Shown piece by piece: positions 15,112 to 29,775 of a DNA stretch of 64,000 nt; positions within the stretch are counted from its first letter, which is position 1; each line of letters opens with the position of its first letter. The stretch comes from Eledone cirrhosa (Eukaryota): assembly GCA_964016885.1 (NCBI GenBank), contig OZ024741.1, positions 147,622,001-147,686,000 of the forward strand, given 5' to 3'. The position numbers were made by a program, and so were the translations under genes. The notes below the pieces were generated by a model. It saw nothing but the letters and a program-made list of their open reading frames with translations. It had not been told where the DNA came from and searched no databases.

Positions 15112-15490
15112 GGTGGATTGGCAGTATCGGTAGAGGGTCAGACACCATGCTTTGAAGCATAGAGTTACGTCCCTTTATGATCTGAGTTCAAATCCCGCCG
15201 AGGTTAACTTTGCCTTTCATCCTTACGGGGTCGATAAAATAAAGTACCAGTAATGCACTGGGTAATTGCTGGCCTTGTGCCAAAAAGTAGAAACAATTAT
15301 TATTGTGGATTGGCAGTATCAGTAGAGGGTCGGACGCCATGCTTTGACGCATAGAGTTACGGTCCTTGCCATTCTGAGTTCAAATCCCGCCGAGGTTAAC
15401 TTTGCCTTTCATCCTTTCGGGGTCGATAAAATAAAGTACCAGTAATGCACTGGGTAATTGCTGGCCTTGTGCCAAATGTAGAAACAATTA
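15112..15490 (+). mobile_element. two tandem Meta/MESC-core SINE copies (15112-15303, 15305-15490)
   Basis: Two ~190-bp near-identical units inserted in the (ATT)n of the PLE arm. Confidence 0.85.
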
Positions 15491-15599
15491 ATATTATTAT
15501 TCTTATTCTCTACATTCCTTACATCAAACTAAAACTATGTTGACAATCTTTTAATAATGTCTTCCTTGTGAAATGTGTGGTCTTGTTTTGCTTAACTAA

Positions 15600-15677
<78 letters not shown>

Positions 15678-15802
15678 CATATACATATACATACATACAT
15701 ACAAAAATGTACGTATTATATAGCTATGCATTTATACATTTGTATATATATACACGAATTTATATTTAAGTGTGTAAGAATATATATATATGTGTGTGTG
15801 TG

Positions 15803-15918
<116 letters not shown>

Positions 15919-16263
15919 ATATATATATATATATATATATAAGTACATATATTATACACACACACACACATACATATATATTTTCTTTTTTCAGTCTGGT
16001 CTACCATGTTTGAGCCCCCTGTTGGAGATAGATAGATAGATAAATAGATGTGTATCTAACACACACACACACACACGCATTTCTTACTCTCTCTGCCCCA
16101 CCCCCCTTTCTCTCTTTATATATATATATATATATATATGGCGTTGTTATTTGGTGTTGTTGAAAAGAGCAGTGGCCTTTGACCTGGCAATAAAAACTGG
16201 AGACAAAATTCTTTCTGTTCCAAAACCAAGGCACACACACACACACAAGTTTGTGTGTGTGTA

Positions 16264-16300
<37 letters not shown>

Positions 16301-17692
16301 CTATCTATGTATATATATAAGGGATACAGATATTGCTTTCTCAGTCACTAAGCTCCTCAATTCATTCCTTGCTACTAAATATTTTATTTTGCTACGAGGT
16401 ATATTATTTTGCAAGGTACTATTTTTCCCCCTGAGTTTGTGATTTCAGAGAAAGGTAAGAAATTCTTCATATTTTGCATCTTTTGTATTTTGACTTTACA
16501 GTTTCAATTGTCTATCCACTTAAAATATTACACCAGTGAATATAGAATTTAAAAAAAAAGAAGCTTTTTCGACTGAGATCAAATCTTTTTTTTTATTTCA
16601 AAAATATATAATTTGAAATTTGTTTTGGACTGAAACTTTTTTGTATTTAATTCGTACGAGTATTTTTGAAAGATTCTAAGATAAGTTGATTTGGCCCAGT
16701 AATCTACTGATATCAAAATCAGTAGTAAATAGAAAAATAGGGTAGGGGGCGTTTCGTGATTTCGAGGGACAAAAGGACGCGTTTTGGCTGAAATGGGTTG
16801 AGAACCTTTGGTCTACATCATTACATCAGTAGTATGATTTTTGTGTAATTTCTGAAAATGGATTGTGTAGTTTCTATAAATAGCGTTGGATGTGTCTAGA
16901 ATTTTTGAAAAAATTGTGTCAAGCGCATGACAACCTCTCTAGTGGGGGTGAGCTACAGGATAAACACACCCAGTCCACTCAGTAAAGTGGTTGGTGATAT
17001 GAAGGGCATCCAGTTATAGAAAACCTGCTAAACAATGAATTAGGTACAATCTTCAGCTGTATCAAAGGCATGACAACCTCCCTATTGCTGGTATCATGAT
17101 AAAAGGCATTCAGTAGAATGTGATAATATAAAAAAAGCAAGATGCTGGCCCCCAGCCCATCCAAGGGGTCAGTAGCTTCACTTGAGTATTGACCCAGTCT
17201 GTTAACAACCCCTCCAGCCATTGGTAGCAGGAAAAGTGGATATTAAAGGATGATGATGATATTCCATTAGAAATCAATGGACACAGGCATGGCCAAGTGG
17301 GTTAGAAGTTCACTTTGTAGTTATGAGGCCTTGGGTCCGATTCTGGCAACATGGACAAGTATTTTTACTGTAGCTTCAGATTAACTCAAGCCTTATGAGT
17401 GACATTGGGTAAAAAAAAAACTGTTTGGAAGATTAATATGTAATTTGCATACCTATGATTTAAATTTTAATGTCCTGTAACACATGAAACCACATTAGCA
17501 AGACATTCTTGAAAAGTATTAAACAACAATATGACTGCATCACAATATAATAAGTAACAATCAGTCCTCCACAATACAATAACTAACAATGACTCCCCCA
17601 CAATACAATAACTAGCAATCCCTTCCTCACATAATAACAGAAAAGTTGTGGCCTGGGGCAACTGGAAAATATATAAATCATTATTGTTGCTA

Positions 17693-17886
17693 GGTGGATT
17701 GGCAGTATCGGTAGAGGGTCGGATGCCATGCTTTCCAGCATAGTTACGTCCCTTTACGATCTGTGTTCAAATCCCGCCGAGGTTAACTTTGCCTGTCATC
17801 CTTACGGGGTCGATAAAATAAAGTACCAGTAATGTACTGGGTAATTGATGGCCTTGTGCCTAAAATAGAAACAATTATTATTATTA
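17693..17886 (+). mobile_element. Meta/MESC-core SINE, full length
   Basis: Near-identical to the 15112 copy. Confidence 0.85.
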
Positions 17887-18019
17887 TCTTCTCGACACCT
17901 AGAGCAAAAAAACTTACTGCATTCATTGATAAACCACAAAAATATACACACCAGATTATTCACCTCATGTACTTTACACAGCTACAAGTATAACATTTGC
18001 TTTATACATATGCACATTA

Positions 18020-18700
18020 AGGTAGGCAATGCGGTCAATGTAACTTCCAGTCTAGAGTTCTATAGAAGGTTAGTGGTAGGCAATTACGACGACACTCTCG
18101 GAGAGTTTCTGGATGTCAACAAAATTTAACTAACCAGTCTGTTACAGAGGATTTTCGAGCAGGAAACTATGGATAACTTCCAGAAATCCCTCACTTGGCA
18201 GTGCTACCAGGGAGCACTGCCAGTTGGAGATAAACTCTACAGGCATGGAAGTGTGGTCAGATGGACCTGAGCGCAGAATGCCTAAACCATTCTGCATGCA
18301 CTCGTCCAATGTCTGTACATTACTGACTTGTGGAGTTATGTAGAACAGCTGTTATCACATGTAGGATGGATCTAGCTATCAACCAAGTCCACAGTGAAGA
18401 TCACCCTGCCACCATTTTTAGACCAGGAAGAGCAGGCAGTTTTCCTCTGTTTGTTGGCGGTAACGAAAGAGGTTGTGTGGTGGACGAGGTTGAAAGTACT
18501 GAAGACAGATACTTTTCTCTTTGGCCAATCCCTCATCAATGTTTTCAAGTTTCACTTGGAAAGGAAGGTGGGGGTGGAGAGAGAAGTGCTGCTCCCCAGT
18601 ACATTTACTAAAAGATGGGTGAATGGACCTACTCCGAGTGTGCGCCTATAAGCAGGTTGATTTGAGAAGGAGAGGGTTGCCCTTCCCGAGTGCTCTCAGA
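18020..18700 (+). pseudogene. Tx1/L1-clade LINE 3' fragment (zf-RVT-like region)
   Basis: Translation across stops SLTWQCYQGALPVGDKLYRHG...TILHALVQC...LWSYVEQLL resembles the W..hg.LP / ET..H....C..W pattern of Tx1/L1 ORF2 C-termini. Confidence 0.6.
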
Positions 18701-18845
18701 GTATTGGGTAGTTCAGGATTAGTGGGGTACCTCAGTCTGTCTCTCTTAAGATCACCTTTTGTCAACTAATTCCATGAAAATCCTACTTTTACTTCCTTTG
18801 TTACTCTTTCAAATTGACCTTTATTGTTATTATTATTCAAATCCT

Positions 18846-19310
18846 ATTATTCAAAGGTTAACTTTGCCTTTCATCCTTACGGGGTCGATAAAATAAAGTA
18901 TCAGTAATACACTTGGATAATTGTTGGCCTTGTGCCAAAAGTAGAAACAATTGTTATTATTCAAATCCTGCCGAGTTCAAAACCTCCGAGCTCAGATCCT
19001 GCCGAGGTTAACGTTGCCTTTCATCCTTATGGGGTGAATAAAATAAAGTACCAGTCACGCACTGAGATCGTTTTAATCGACTTTCCCTTCCCCCAAAATT
19101 GCTGACCTTGTGCCTAAAGTAGTGACAATTGTTATTATTATTAGGACATAGAGTTATGGCCCTTTACGTTCTGAATTCAAATCCCGCCAAGGTTAGCTTT
19201 GCCTTTCATCCTTTTGGGATCAATAAAATAAGGTGTCAGTCAACTACCAGGGCCGATTTAACTGACTTTTGCCTACTATGGAAATTGCTGGCCTTGTACA
19301 TAAATTAGAA
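18846..19310 (+). mobile_element. cluster of three 5'-truncated Meta/MESC-core SINEs
   Basis: Three copies of the gcctttcatcctt core separated by attatt tails. Confidence 0.75.
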
Positions 19311-19319
19311 GCCATACTG

Positions 19320-20210
19320 CAGTAGTAGTGTTGGTGGTAGTGTCAGTAGTTGATGCTTCAGCCTGCTGTAGTAGTAGTTGTTGTTGTTGTTGTAGTAATA
19401 CTTATTGTTGTTGCATTAGTTGTTGTCGTTGTTGCGGTAGTTATTCTTATTGCTGTAGTAATATTGTTGTTGATGTTGTGTTGTAATTTCCCTTGAGATA
19501 AAAAAAAATTGTGATTAGGCTTGGCTATGGTGGCAGTGGCATTAGTAGTGGTGGTGGTGGTGGTGGTGGCGTTGGTATTAGTAGTGGTGTTGATGGTAGC
19601 AGAAGTGGTGGTGACATTGGTGGGGTTAGTGGTGGTGATGGTGGTGTTAGTGGTGGTGGGTCAGTGGCGTTAGTAGTGGTGTTGATGGTAGCAGAGGTGG
19701 TGTTCATGTTGGTGGGGATAGTGGTGGTGATGGTGGTGGTGGTAGTGGTGGTGGTGATGGTGGTGGTGTTAGTGGTGGTGGGTCAGTGGCGTTAGTAGTG
19801 GTGTTGATGGTAGCAGAGGTGGTGTTCACGTTGGTGGGGTTAGTGGTGGTGATGGTGGTGGTGGTGGTGTTGATGGTGGTGGTGGTGGTGGTGGTGGTGT
19901 TAGTGGTAGTGGTAGCGGTGGTAGTAATGTTGGTGTCAGTGGCGTTAGTAGTGGTGTTGATGGCAGCGGGAGTGGTTTAGGCATTGGAGGTGGTGGCATT
20001 AGTGGTAGTGTTGATGACAGTGGCAAGGCTGTTAAGGATTGTGGGGTGATGGGGTGGTGTCTGGTTATTATCAATGATAAAAATAGTGGTGGTAGTGGTT
20101 TTGTTAGTGATAATAATGGCGGTGGTTGTTGTCGTCATGACAGTGGTTATTTTCACAATAAAGATGGTGGTGAGGATTATAGGGACAATGATGTAAATGA
20201 TAATGATGAT
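19320..20210. repeat. (GTT)n/(GGT)n low-complexity tract with an internal ~120-bp duplication
   Basis: Directly visible. Confidence 0.9.
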
Positions 20211-20809
20211 GAATTCACAAAATCTATTTATTACAAGTTTGAAGGAAAAAAAAAGATTTATGTCAGTATTGTTTTCTCATTTTTCATTCTTTTCATTGAA
20301 ACATTGATATTATCACAGACACATGTCTTTACAAGCTATTTCGCACTATCTTTGACCTCCCATGAGGTGTTTTGTCTTTTCTCATTGTCCATTTTACCAC
20401 TACTATAATGACCTCTACACTTCTGAACTTGCTGGTTCCTCATTGCCACCACCACCATCACCAACATGACATCCTTTCCTGACCATACTTCTAATGAAAC
20501 CGACTCTATTTCAATTAATTAATGAAGAATTTTTAGGTATTTACTAAAATCATTGATTGTTTCATTTCATTGCTAAGATAGTAACTTAACATATGGTTCT
20601 TATACAAAATCATGTTGGAAGATTTTCGTTTAAATAGGAACCCTTTAAAATAGGTGGTTTTAGAAATACACTGTTTCAATTCATTAATTAAGAATTTTGA
20701 GGGATTTACTAGAATCATTAATTATTTCATTGGTAAGATAGTAATTTAACATATGGTTCTTATTAAAAAATTATGCTGGAAGGTTGTAATTTAAATAGAA
20801 ATCCTTTAA

Positions 20810-21369
20810 CCTTTTAGCATTTAAACCAGCCATATCCAGCCAGAATTCTGTCTCCTCTTTCTGTTCAAACCGGCTGTAACCGGCCACTCATACTGATGTT
20901 AAGGTATTGTTCTCAAAATAAATAATATTAAAATCTCGTAGATTCGATATTATGTGAGATAATTATGTGAAATACAGTGTTTACTGTGAAAATACAATAA
21001 TATATATGGAGGCACATGGCTTAGTGGTTAGAGCATTGGCCTTGCAATCGAAAGGTTGTGAGTTCAATTCTTAGACCGGGTGATGTGTTGTTTCCTTGAG
21101 CAAGACACTTTATTTCACATTGCTCCAGTTTACTCAGCTGTAGAATGAGATGAAAGGGACTGGGATCCCTAACATTCCACTGCAAAGTGGTCGTGGAGGT
21201 GCCACGGCAAAAAAGCACCCAGCATTCACTGTAAATGAGGTTGGTGTTAGGAAGGGCATCCAGCTGTAGAAATCAAGCCAGAATCAGTTCCTGTCCCACT
21301 CTTGCAAGCAGGAAAAAGCGGACGTAAAATGATGATGATGATGATGAAAGTAATGTAAAGGTTAAAGGG
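20810..21369. mobile_element. piggyBac-like MITE with a tRNA-SINE (21008-21346) inserted
   Basis: TTAA-flanked ccttttagcattta...aaaggg; the SINE has A/B boxes and an RTE-like (GAT)n tail. Confidence 0.7.
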
Positions 21370-21755
21370 TTAAAATGGGTGGTTTTGTTTCATAGAACCA
21401 GAGCTGGTTTTTTTATCCAAACATCATTCTAACCAGATACTTGTTTACGCTTGGAATAGAATGGACCTTAATTGGTTTTGATGGTGAGTGTTCCAGGTGT
21501 TTGATCAGTAGAACAGCCTGCTCCTGAAATTATAGTGTATGTGACTGAGTATTCCACAGGCACGTATTCTTAACATAATTCTCAGGGAGATTCAGCATGA
21601 CATGCTATGATTATGCAGTCCATCTTGTATTGAAGTGCATATGGCTGAGCATTCCAGATACACATGTACCCGTAACATAATTTTCAAAGAGATTCAGTAT
21701 GGTGCTCTGTGTGATAAGGCTGGCTGAGGGTTCCACAGACATATAATAACTTTAA

Positions 21756-22156
21756 CCCTTTAGCATTTAAACCGGCTGTACCCAGCCAGAATTCTCTAAC
21801 CTCCTTCTGTTCAAACTGGCGACTCATATTAATATTAAGGTATTGTTCTCAAAATAAATAACATCAAAATCTCATAGATTCGATATTATGTGAGATAAAG
21901 CCTTTTCTGTGAAAATACAATAGTAAATATAAAATAATTGTTTCTACTTTTGGCACAAGGCCAGCAATTATCCTAGTGTATTACTAGTACTTTATTTTAT
22001 CGACTCCGTAAGGATGAAAGGCAAAGTTAACCTCGGCGGGATTTGAACTCAGAATGGCAAGGGCAGTAACTCTATGCGTCAAAGCATGGCATCCGACCCT
22101 CTACCAATACTGCCAATCCAGTACCCTAAATATAAAATAATGTAAATGCTAAAGGG
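21756..22156. mobile_element. piggyBac-like MITE with a Meta-core SINE (21939-22126, -) inserted; other copies 23906-24137 and 28105-28319
   Basis: 14-bp TIR ccctttagcattta / taaatgctaaaggg with TTAA TSD; the SINE is flanked by a 15-bp TSD taaatataaaataat. Confidence 0.85.
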
Positions 22157-23262
22157 TTAATGTAATCCTTAGAGCGATTCAGTGTGACACAACCTGTGAC
22201 AACCCTTTAAATTATAGATACAGGCTATCCAACAGTTTCCATCTACCCGATCTCACTTACAATTCTTGTTTCAATTCCAGGACTTTGTAAATGACACTTA
22301 CCTAAGATGCCTCACAGAAGGATCAAACTCAGAATCTCGTGATTGTGAGGCAAACTTCTGAACCACTCAGCTATGCCTACATATATGGAAATGAAATGAA
22401 ACTGTTACAACAGAGAAATCTGGTCAAAAATTCAGTTTATCAAAAGGAGCTTACCTCACATTCTAGAGTAAGTAATGACATCAAGACAAATATTCTATTA
22501 AACAGGTTTTTATTTCTTTGTTATGATGTTTAGTTGTTTTTTTATTTTATTATTATTGCTAGCAATCATACATAACTTTTTGTTTGCTTTTAAATTTTAA
22601 TTCACTTTTCTGTCTCTTCCAAAATTTGAAAAATTGATTTCAACACACAAAAACCGATGACAGAAAATTTATGCTATGTTTGTGTATCTGTATATTCTAT
22701 TTATTTATTTATCTTTATTTATCTTTATTCATAATTATTGTAAAACTGTAAAAAAAAAAAAACTTTTTGAGGGAAAAATGAAAATATAGCCAAAAAAAAA
22801 AATTACTAACAAAATAATATCAACACCAAAGTAGATGTCAAAATAAGGAAAATGATAATCGACCAAAAATTGATTTTTGATAGATTAAAATATTTTTCCC
22901 CTGTTATTTACTTTATTTTTTATTTTCTTCCTTGTATATAGATCTCCAATGTTAACCCGAGATGCACAGTTGTGGATGTCTTTTTATGATTTTTTTGTCT
23001 TGTTATTACTGGAATGAATAATTAATATATCATGAGAGAGGAATAAATTTACTTGAAGATATTTATTCCACCTCCAAGACATCATTCCATATTCCCTTCA
23101 CCTCCACCCCACCCAACACATTCATCGATAATTTTTTCTTATTGATCAGTTTAAAAGCTTTTTAATTGATTGCTTCGAGGAGTTTATGGTGTAGATTCAA
23201 CACATTTCTCTCTCTCTCTCTCTCTCTTTATGTCCCTTTTTCTCTCTCTGTCTCTCTCTCTT

Positions 23263-23309
<47 letters not shown>

Positions 23310-24652
23310 TTCTTTCTCTGTCCCCTTCTCGCTCGCTTTCTTTCTACTTTAATGGTGAATTATCATGGCTGTCCCAAGGTTTAATGATGATATATATCTT
23401 CAAAAATAGACAAGTTGACTGAAATTTGAACATTTTCGGTTTTCAAAACTATTTTGACCTTCTAATGTGATGCTATAGCTGCAATACAAACAAACAAAAT
23501 TATAACACACACTTTCCTTTTTCCTCTTTCAATTTAGGCTATTTTATTGTCCCCTTTCTTTTTTTTTCTTTTCTTTTTTTCACAATACTCTTTGTTACAG
23601 TGAAAACACATGGCATAGGTGTTAGGTTGTTAAGCTCATAATCATAAGGCCTTGAGTTCAATTCTTGAACTGGGTGGTGCTTTGTACCTTGAGCTAGACA
23701 TTTCATATCATATTGCTTCAGTCAACTCAGGTAGGGAAAAATTATTACCAGCTGCAGCTGGGATGGAGGTGTGTTAACCATGTTATGGACTGGTGTCTCA
23801 TCGGAGGGTGGAATCTTATACTCTTAGCTACTTAACACCAATGAAACTGGGATAAACCCCAGAGTTATCAGTCTTGGGAGAAACTCTTTGTTGCATTAAC
23901 TTTAACCCTTTAGCATTTACATTATGCTATATTTACTATTATATTTACTATTATATTTCCATGGTAAAGTCTTTACCTCACATAATATCTCACACAATAT
24001 TGAATCTATGAGATTTTGATATTATTTATTTTGAGAATAATACCTTAACATCAGTATAAGTGGCCAGTTATGGCCAGTTTTAACAGAAAGAGTTGAGAGA
24101 ATTCTGGCCTGATACAGCCGGTTTAAATGCTAAGTGCATTTAACTCTTAATATCCTGTACCACATGAATCTACATTAAGAATCAAAACATCCTTGAAATG
24201 TACAAAACAGCACTATGACTGCACATATATTAAAAAATTAAGTCTTTACTTTAATAGTGTACATTTTTGCAATAATCTGTCCACTAGTAAATATGCTATG
24301 ATCATTCAAATTGAGTGACCCCATTTTTAAACATTTTTTACTAAATCGTTACCAGATGTTAGGAATTAATGTAAAACTACCAAAAAAATTTAAAGATAAC
24401 TATATTGAGAAAGAAGAGCAAGAATAAAAATAAAAATTACATGGCAAGGGGGATGTGGGGAGCAGGGTCTACATCTATATTTTTGATTTGTTTGTTTTGT
24501 TCTTTTTTACTAAAAAAAATTAAGAATCCATTTAGCTTTGTGAAACTGATCAACATTTATTATATTGATTGGTTTACTTTTCATTTTCCAATCCTCCAGA
24601 GACACCTTCAGATGTAATTATAGACCCCACTCCACTAAATTCCAAGAACATT

Positions 24653-25585
24653 ATAATAATAATTGTTTCTATTTTAGGCACAAGGCCAGCAATTACCCAG
24701 TACATTACTGGTACTTTATTTTATTGACCCTGTAAGGATGAAAGGCAAAGTTAACCTCGGCGGGATTTGAACTCAGGTCATAAAGGGACGTAACTCTATG
24801 CCTCAAAGCATGGTGTCCGACTCTCTACCGATACTGCCAGTCCACAAATAATGATTTCTACTTTTGGCACAAGGCCAGCAATTAACCAGTGCATTACTGG
24901 TACTTTATTGTATCGATCCCATAAGGATGAAAGGCAAAGTCAACCTTGGCAGGATTTGATTTCTAATTTAAGCACAAGGACAGCAATTTGTGCAAAGGTG
25001 CAAAGGGTAAAGTCGATTATATTGACCTTAGTGTTTTACTGTTTTATTTGTTTTTTTTTTTGGGGGGGGGGGGGGCTGGAAGGATCCAAGGCAAAGTTGA
25101 CTTTGGTGGAGAGTGAATTCAGAAGATAAACGGATATAACTAAATGACACAAAACATTTTTCCCGATGCTCAAATCATTCTGCCAACTGCCACTCAAGAA
25201 CATTATAATAATAATTGTTTCTACTTTTGGCACAAGGCCAGCAATTACACAATACATTACTGGTACTTTATTTTATCGACCCCGTAAGGATGAAAGGCAA
25301 AGTTAACCTCGGCGGGATTTGAACTCAGACCGTAAAGAGACGTATCTATGCTGGAAAGCATGGCGTCCGACTAATAATGGTTTCTAATTTAAGCACAGAG
25401 CCAACAATTTGTGGGAAGAAGAAAGTTGATTATATCAACCCCAGTATTTTACTTGTACTTAATTTTATCAACCCCAGAAGAAACGAAAGCAAAGTTAATC
25501 TCAAAGATTTGAACTCAGAAAGTAAAGAGCTGGGACAAATAGTGCTATGCATTTATCTCATGTTCTAATGACTCTGCCAATCCAC
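24653..25585 (-). mobile_element. cluster of about five nested or tandem Meta/MESC-core SINEs of different ages
   Basis: Repeated aattgtttcta...ggcacaaggccagcaatt ends; caagaacattataataat duplicated at ~24643 and ~25196. Confidence 0.75.
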
Positions 25586-26842
25586 TGTTTATAATAATAG
25601 GCTCATGATGGGTACAATGGAATGGAATGGGCCGCCATTGGTTTTGATGATGAATGTTCCATTTGTTCAATCAATGAAGCAGCCTGCTTGTGAAATTAAT
25701 GTGTAAGTGGCTAAGTATTCCATTGTGTACCCTTAACATAATTCTCAAGTGATTCAGTATAATAGAATATGTGGCAAGGCTGCACCTTTGAATTACAGGT
25801 TCAGTTCATCTAACGGGCTTCCAAACAGTTTCTGTCCATCAAATTTCACTTACAAGGCTTGGATTCATGCAAGGTTCTAGTAAAAACGCATACCTATGAT
25901 ACCATGCAGTGAGATCAAACCCTGAACCTTATAATTATGAACCAAACTTCTTAAACATTTAGCCATGCTTTGTCTACTAGGAACAGTAAAGACTTGATAT
26001 TGGAGTCCATTCAATGGGTTTCTGAACAATTTCCATTTACCAAATTTCCCTCACATGGCATGGGTCAATCTGAAGCTATGGTAAATGATACTTGCCCACA
26101 GTGGGATTAAACCTGGGATCTGATGATTGCAAAATGAATTACTTAATCAATCGGCCACTCTTACAGATGAGCTTAATAAAACATTATCAAAGACAAATAT
26201 CTTATTTTTATCTTATATCATCCTTTCCAGGTCAATAGATATAGTACCAATCTACAGATGATGGATTGATAGAATTGTTAAAGAGCCACATGAGACTTTT
26301 TGCAGTATCTGATCTGGTTCTATGTATTCTGTATTCAAATCCCCTCTCTGTCAGTCAGGAGTTGCAATGGAAGTAGAAACAAGCAACTTCAACAGCATCA
26401 AGTACACAACACTAACCAGAGATGGTAGAACACACATACAAGCTAAATATCAATGAAGGAAAGTATGGTATGGAAAGATTGAGCAACTAAACTTAACTAT
26501 TTTGATACCAAACCATCTTAAACTGCCCTTGATTTATGATATAAAACTGCTAATCCTAATTTTATTTTAGAAATTTTTAAGGTCTCCAACCCATCTGATA
26601 TTCTGAAGAGCACAGAAATGTATGTGGGATGTAAGCCCCCAGCCAATCTTAAACATCAGTAGCTCCACTTGAGTACTGATTTGGTCTGTGAAAAACTTTT
26701 CAACTCTTACTAGCAGGGAAGATGGACATTAAATGATGGTGATGATGATGAGCTTATTAATGACAAACTTAGTTATTTTATTGAATTCCTCTAAATTTTA
26801 GGGTTTTTTTCGAAAATAATTGAAACTCATAGGTAATATATT

Positions 26843-26999
26843 CAGGGCCGGATTTAGATTTGATGAGGCCCTAAGCTATTTGAGAGAATGGGGCCCTTTA
26901 TATGTCCAGATGTCCTATGTCAGCGTCAAATCGTTGCTGTTTTTTTGTGTGGGGGCCCTAAGTTATAGCTTGTTTAGCTTATACGTAAATCCTACTCTG
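26843..26999. mobile_element. hAT-type MITE (157 bp)
   Basis: Imperfect TIR cagggccggattta / taaatcctactctg; 8-bp TSD aatatatt (26835-26842, 27000-27007). Confidence 0.8.
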
Positions 27000-29710
27000 A
27001 ATATATTTCATTTAGAAATATGGTTAAGTGAAAGGGTTAAAGGAACCAATGCTGACAACATATTCATAAATAACTCAATACAAGAACTTTTATAACTTCA
27101 AAACCCATTCATTCTCCAATATCAGGACATTTGTCTTTTGTTTTGGAATGACCATTTTTATTCTTCTAAAGACTCCAAGGTAATGAATTTTTCAATTTAA
27201 TCACATAACTTGAATGTCAGCTGATCAACTTACCATCTGACGTAATTCAATTTACTTTACTGTTTGACCAGGGATTGACACTAGAGACAGGCTAGACTTG
27301 CAGAACCGGTGTTTAGTATTCAAAGCAAAATTTTCGCCAATCTCTCAAGTGAAAATTAATGTATCCTTCAAGTCGACATAATCAACTGATCGATTCTTTT
27401 GTTAAAAGTAGAAGTAATGGTTGGGTGATAAAGAATGGAAAACAGAGTTTCTAAGAAAGTCTTTCATGAAGTGTATCGATAAAAATGTGTGATATTTGAT
27501 TGATATGAATTTCTTATGATTATTTTAATGTCATCATACTGTAGAATTGTGGCAACCAAAGTTTATTTGGCTACAATATATAATTACTTAGTTTAATATA
27601 TATTTACTTAATTTAAACAATTAATTTAACTTTTTCATTATCATATTTCTAATAAAAGACACTACCTATAAGTGATTTCCCCCCACCCCTTCATGTTGTA
27701 ACCTAATAAAATGTGAAGTAGTAGGGTGAAATATTGTTTTGAATCTGCCAGGTAAAACAGAGGAATGTATCCTGATGAGGAGCATAAATTAAGCCTTTCA
27801 TTACCAAATCACCTGAAACAGCCCCTGGTTTTACAATACAAAACTTTGTTTACAAATGTTTGTATTTATCTAAAACCTTTAATAATAATTTTATGTAAGA
27901 ACCTTTTTTAAGTTATGTTTCAAACACCAGCTTGATAATGAGAAAATTAGTTATATTACTAAGTCACTCTAAATCCTTGATTATTTTCAAAATTATTTGA
28001 AAATTATAAGTAATGTTTTTCAATTGAAATTTGATAACAAAAGAGTTAATATGTTCATATTTATTTAAGAACCTTCCATCATAATTTCATGTAAGAACCT
28101 TTAACCCTTTAACATTTAAACCGGCCATACCCAGCCAGAATTCTCTCACATCTTTCTGTTTAAACTGTCCATAAACGGCCACTCATAGTGATTAAGGTAT
28201 TGCTCTCAAAACAACATCAAAATCTCATAGATTCAGTATTATGTGAGATAATTATGTAAGATAAAGCCTTTACCATAAAAATACAATAGAATATATAGAG
28301 TAATGTAAATGCTAAATGATTAAGTTAGGCTCTAAACACCAGCATAGTAATGAAAAGGTTTGTTGCATTACTAAATCCTTTCAAATTCTTGATTATTTTC
28401 AAAATTATTTACAAATTATACACAGTGTGTTAGAAAGAGTTAATGACTACAGTTGGATTTGAACTTACAACTATATAGTAAGTAGCTGACTGCTTTATAC
28501 TTCACAGTGACTCATTCACAGTAATCTCATTAATTACAATAATTTACACAATAGAACTTCATTGCTTATTCTGAAATAGCGTAGATGAATTAATTAGCAC
28601 ATTAGCACTTGAGTGTTAATTTGTTAAGTGATATATATATACCAATTTTAACAATATTACCTTTGCTTTATTAACCAAACTATTCACTGATTAACATATA
28701 TATATATATATATCATTAAGCTTTGTTTCTCTAGTTATTATCCAGAAATATTAACATTTAATAGTATTCTTATTGTAACTTATTATCATCATTAATTGCT
28801 GCAGTATCAATATCATCAGCACCACCACCATTAACTGCAGCAGCAGTGGCAGCATTAATCTCTGAAGAGGTCAAAGATCTAGTTAATCTTCAACTTGTAT
28901 GTCGATTGGTTAACTAGAGATATATGAATACAGAAGATTTCTTTGTAATGGATCAGATAACAGAATGGAAAATTCTATCTATTAACGTTTCATTGTCTGT
29001 CATGATAAACGTAGATTGTATTGAAAAAAAAAAGTCTTGTTGATTCTCCTAAACAATAGACAGTTGAGAAATGAGATCTAGACTCTTTTGTCTTCGACCA
29101 AATACAATCAATTAACTAAACGTTACAAGAAGAATATATCTACTTTATTAAAGCCAGAAAAAAGAAAAATCATATGATGTCAAACATAATTATGGTTTAC
29201 ACCATGCCAGATCAAATTTAATTGATTTACATTCAAGTAATTTCTACATTGCATATTGCAGAGTGGTTGGTATTATGTGAAATGCTAAGGCCTTTATTAT
29301 TGCTTCCTGACCACATAGGGTAGAGAAGACTCTTTAGTTTTATTGAGGACATGACAACCCCTCTAGTGCTAGTGCCATGATAAAATGTACCCAGTACACC
29401 CTGTAAAGTGGTTAATGATTGATAAAGGGAAAAAATATAAGGTAGAAAGAAATCTTTGGTCTTGTTAAGGATGTGACACCCTCTCTAGTCAAATTAATAC
29501 AAACATATGAAGTACAAACATTTTAACGATACTATTTTTAATAGGGTTTATAAGCCCATCAGTTATGTATTTCGTTGTTGCTGTTTGAATGATGTAGAAT
29601 TCTTTGGTTGAAACCACAAGAGTCAAAAATCAATTAAGAATATTTATCATTTTTCCAATTTACGGAAAAATAGGAAATTTGACATTTTTACATATCTATT
29701 TACTCAATAT

Positions 29711-29770
<60 letters not shown>

Positions 29771-29775
<5 letters not shown>

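Larger units (their letters stand above)
12432..15605. mobile_element. 5'-truncated PLE (YRDD/Hydra-like family) arranged as a head-to-head inverted duplication
   Basis: Arms 12601-13549 (-) and 14374-15605 (+, with two SINEs inserted at 15112-15490); inner inverted repeat ~14139-14186 / 14334-14377; both outer ends reach (TA)n. Confidence 0.85.

Noticed and set aside
15112-15200. tRNA genes at A/B-box motifs (also 21008, 51917)
   Set aside because: No complete cloverleaf; each continues into a SINE body and tail.
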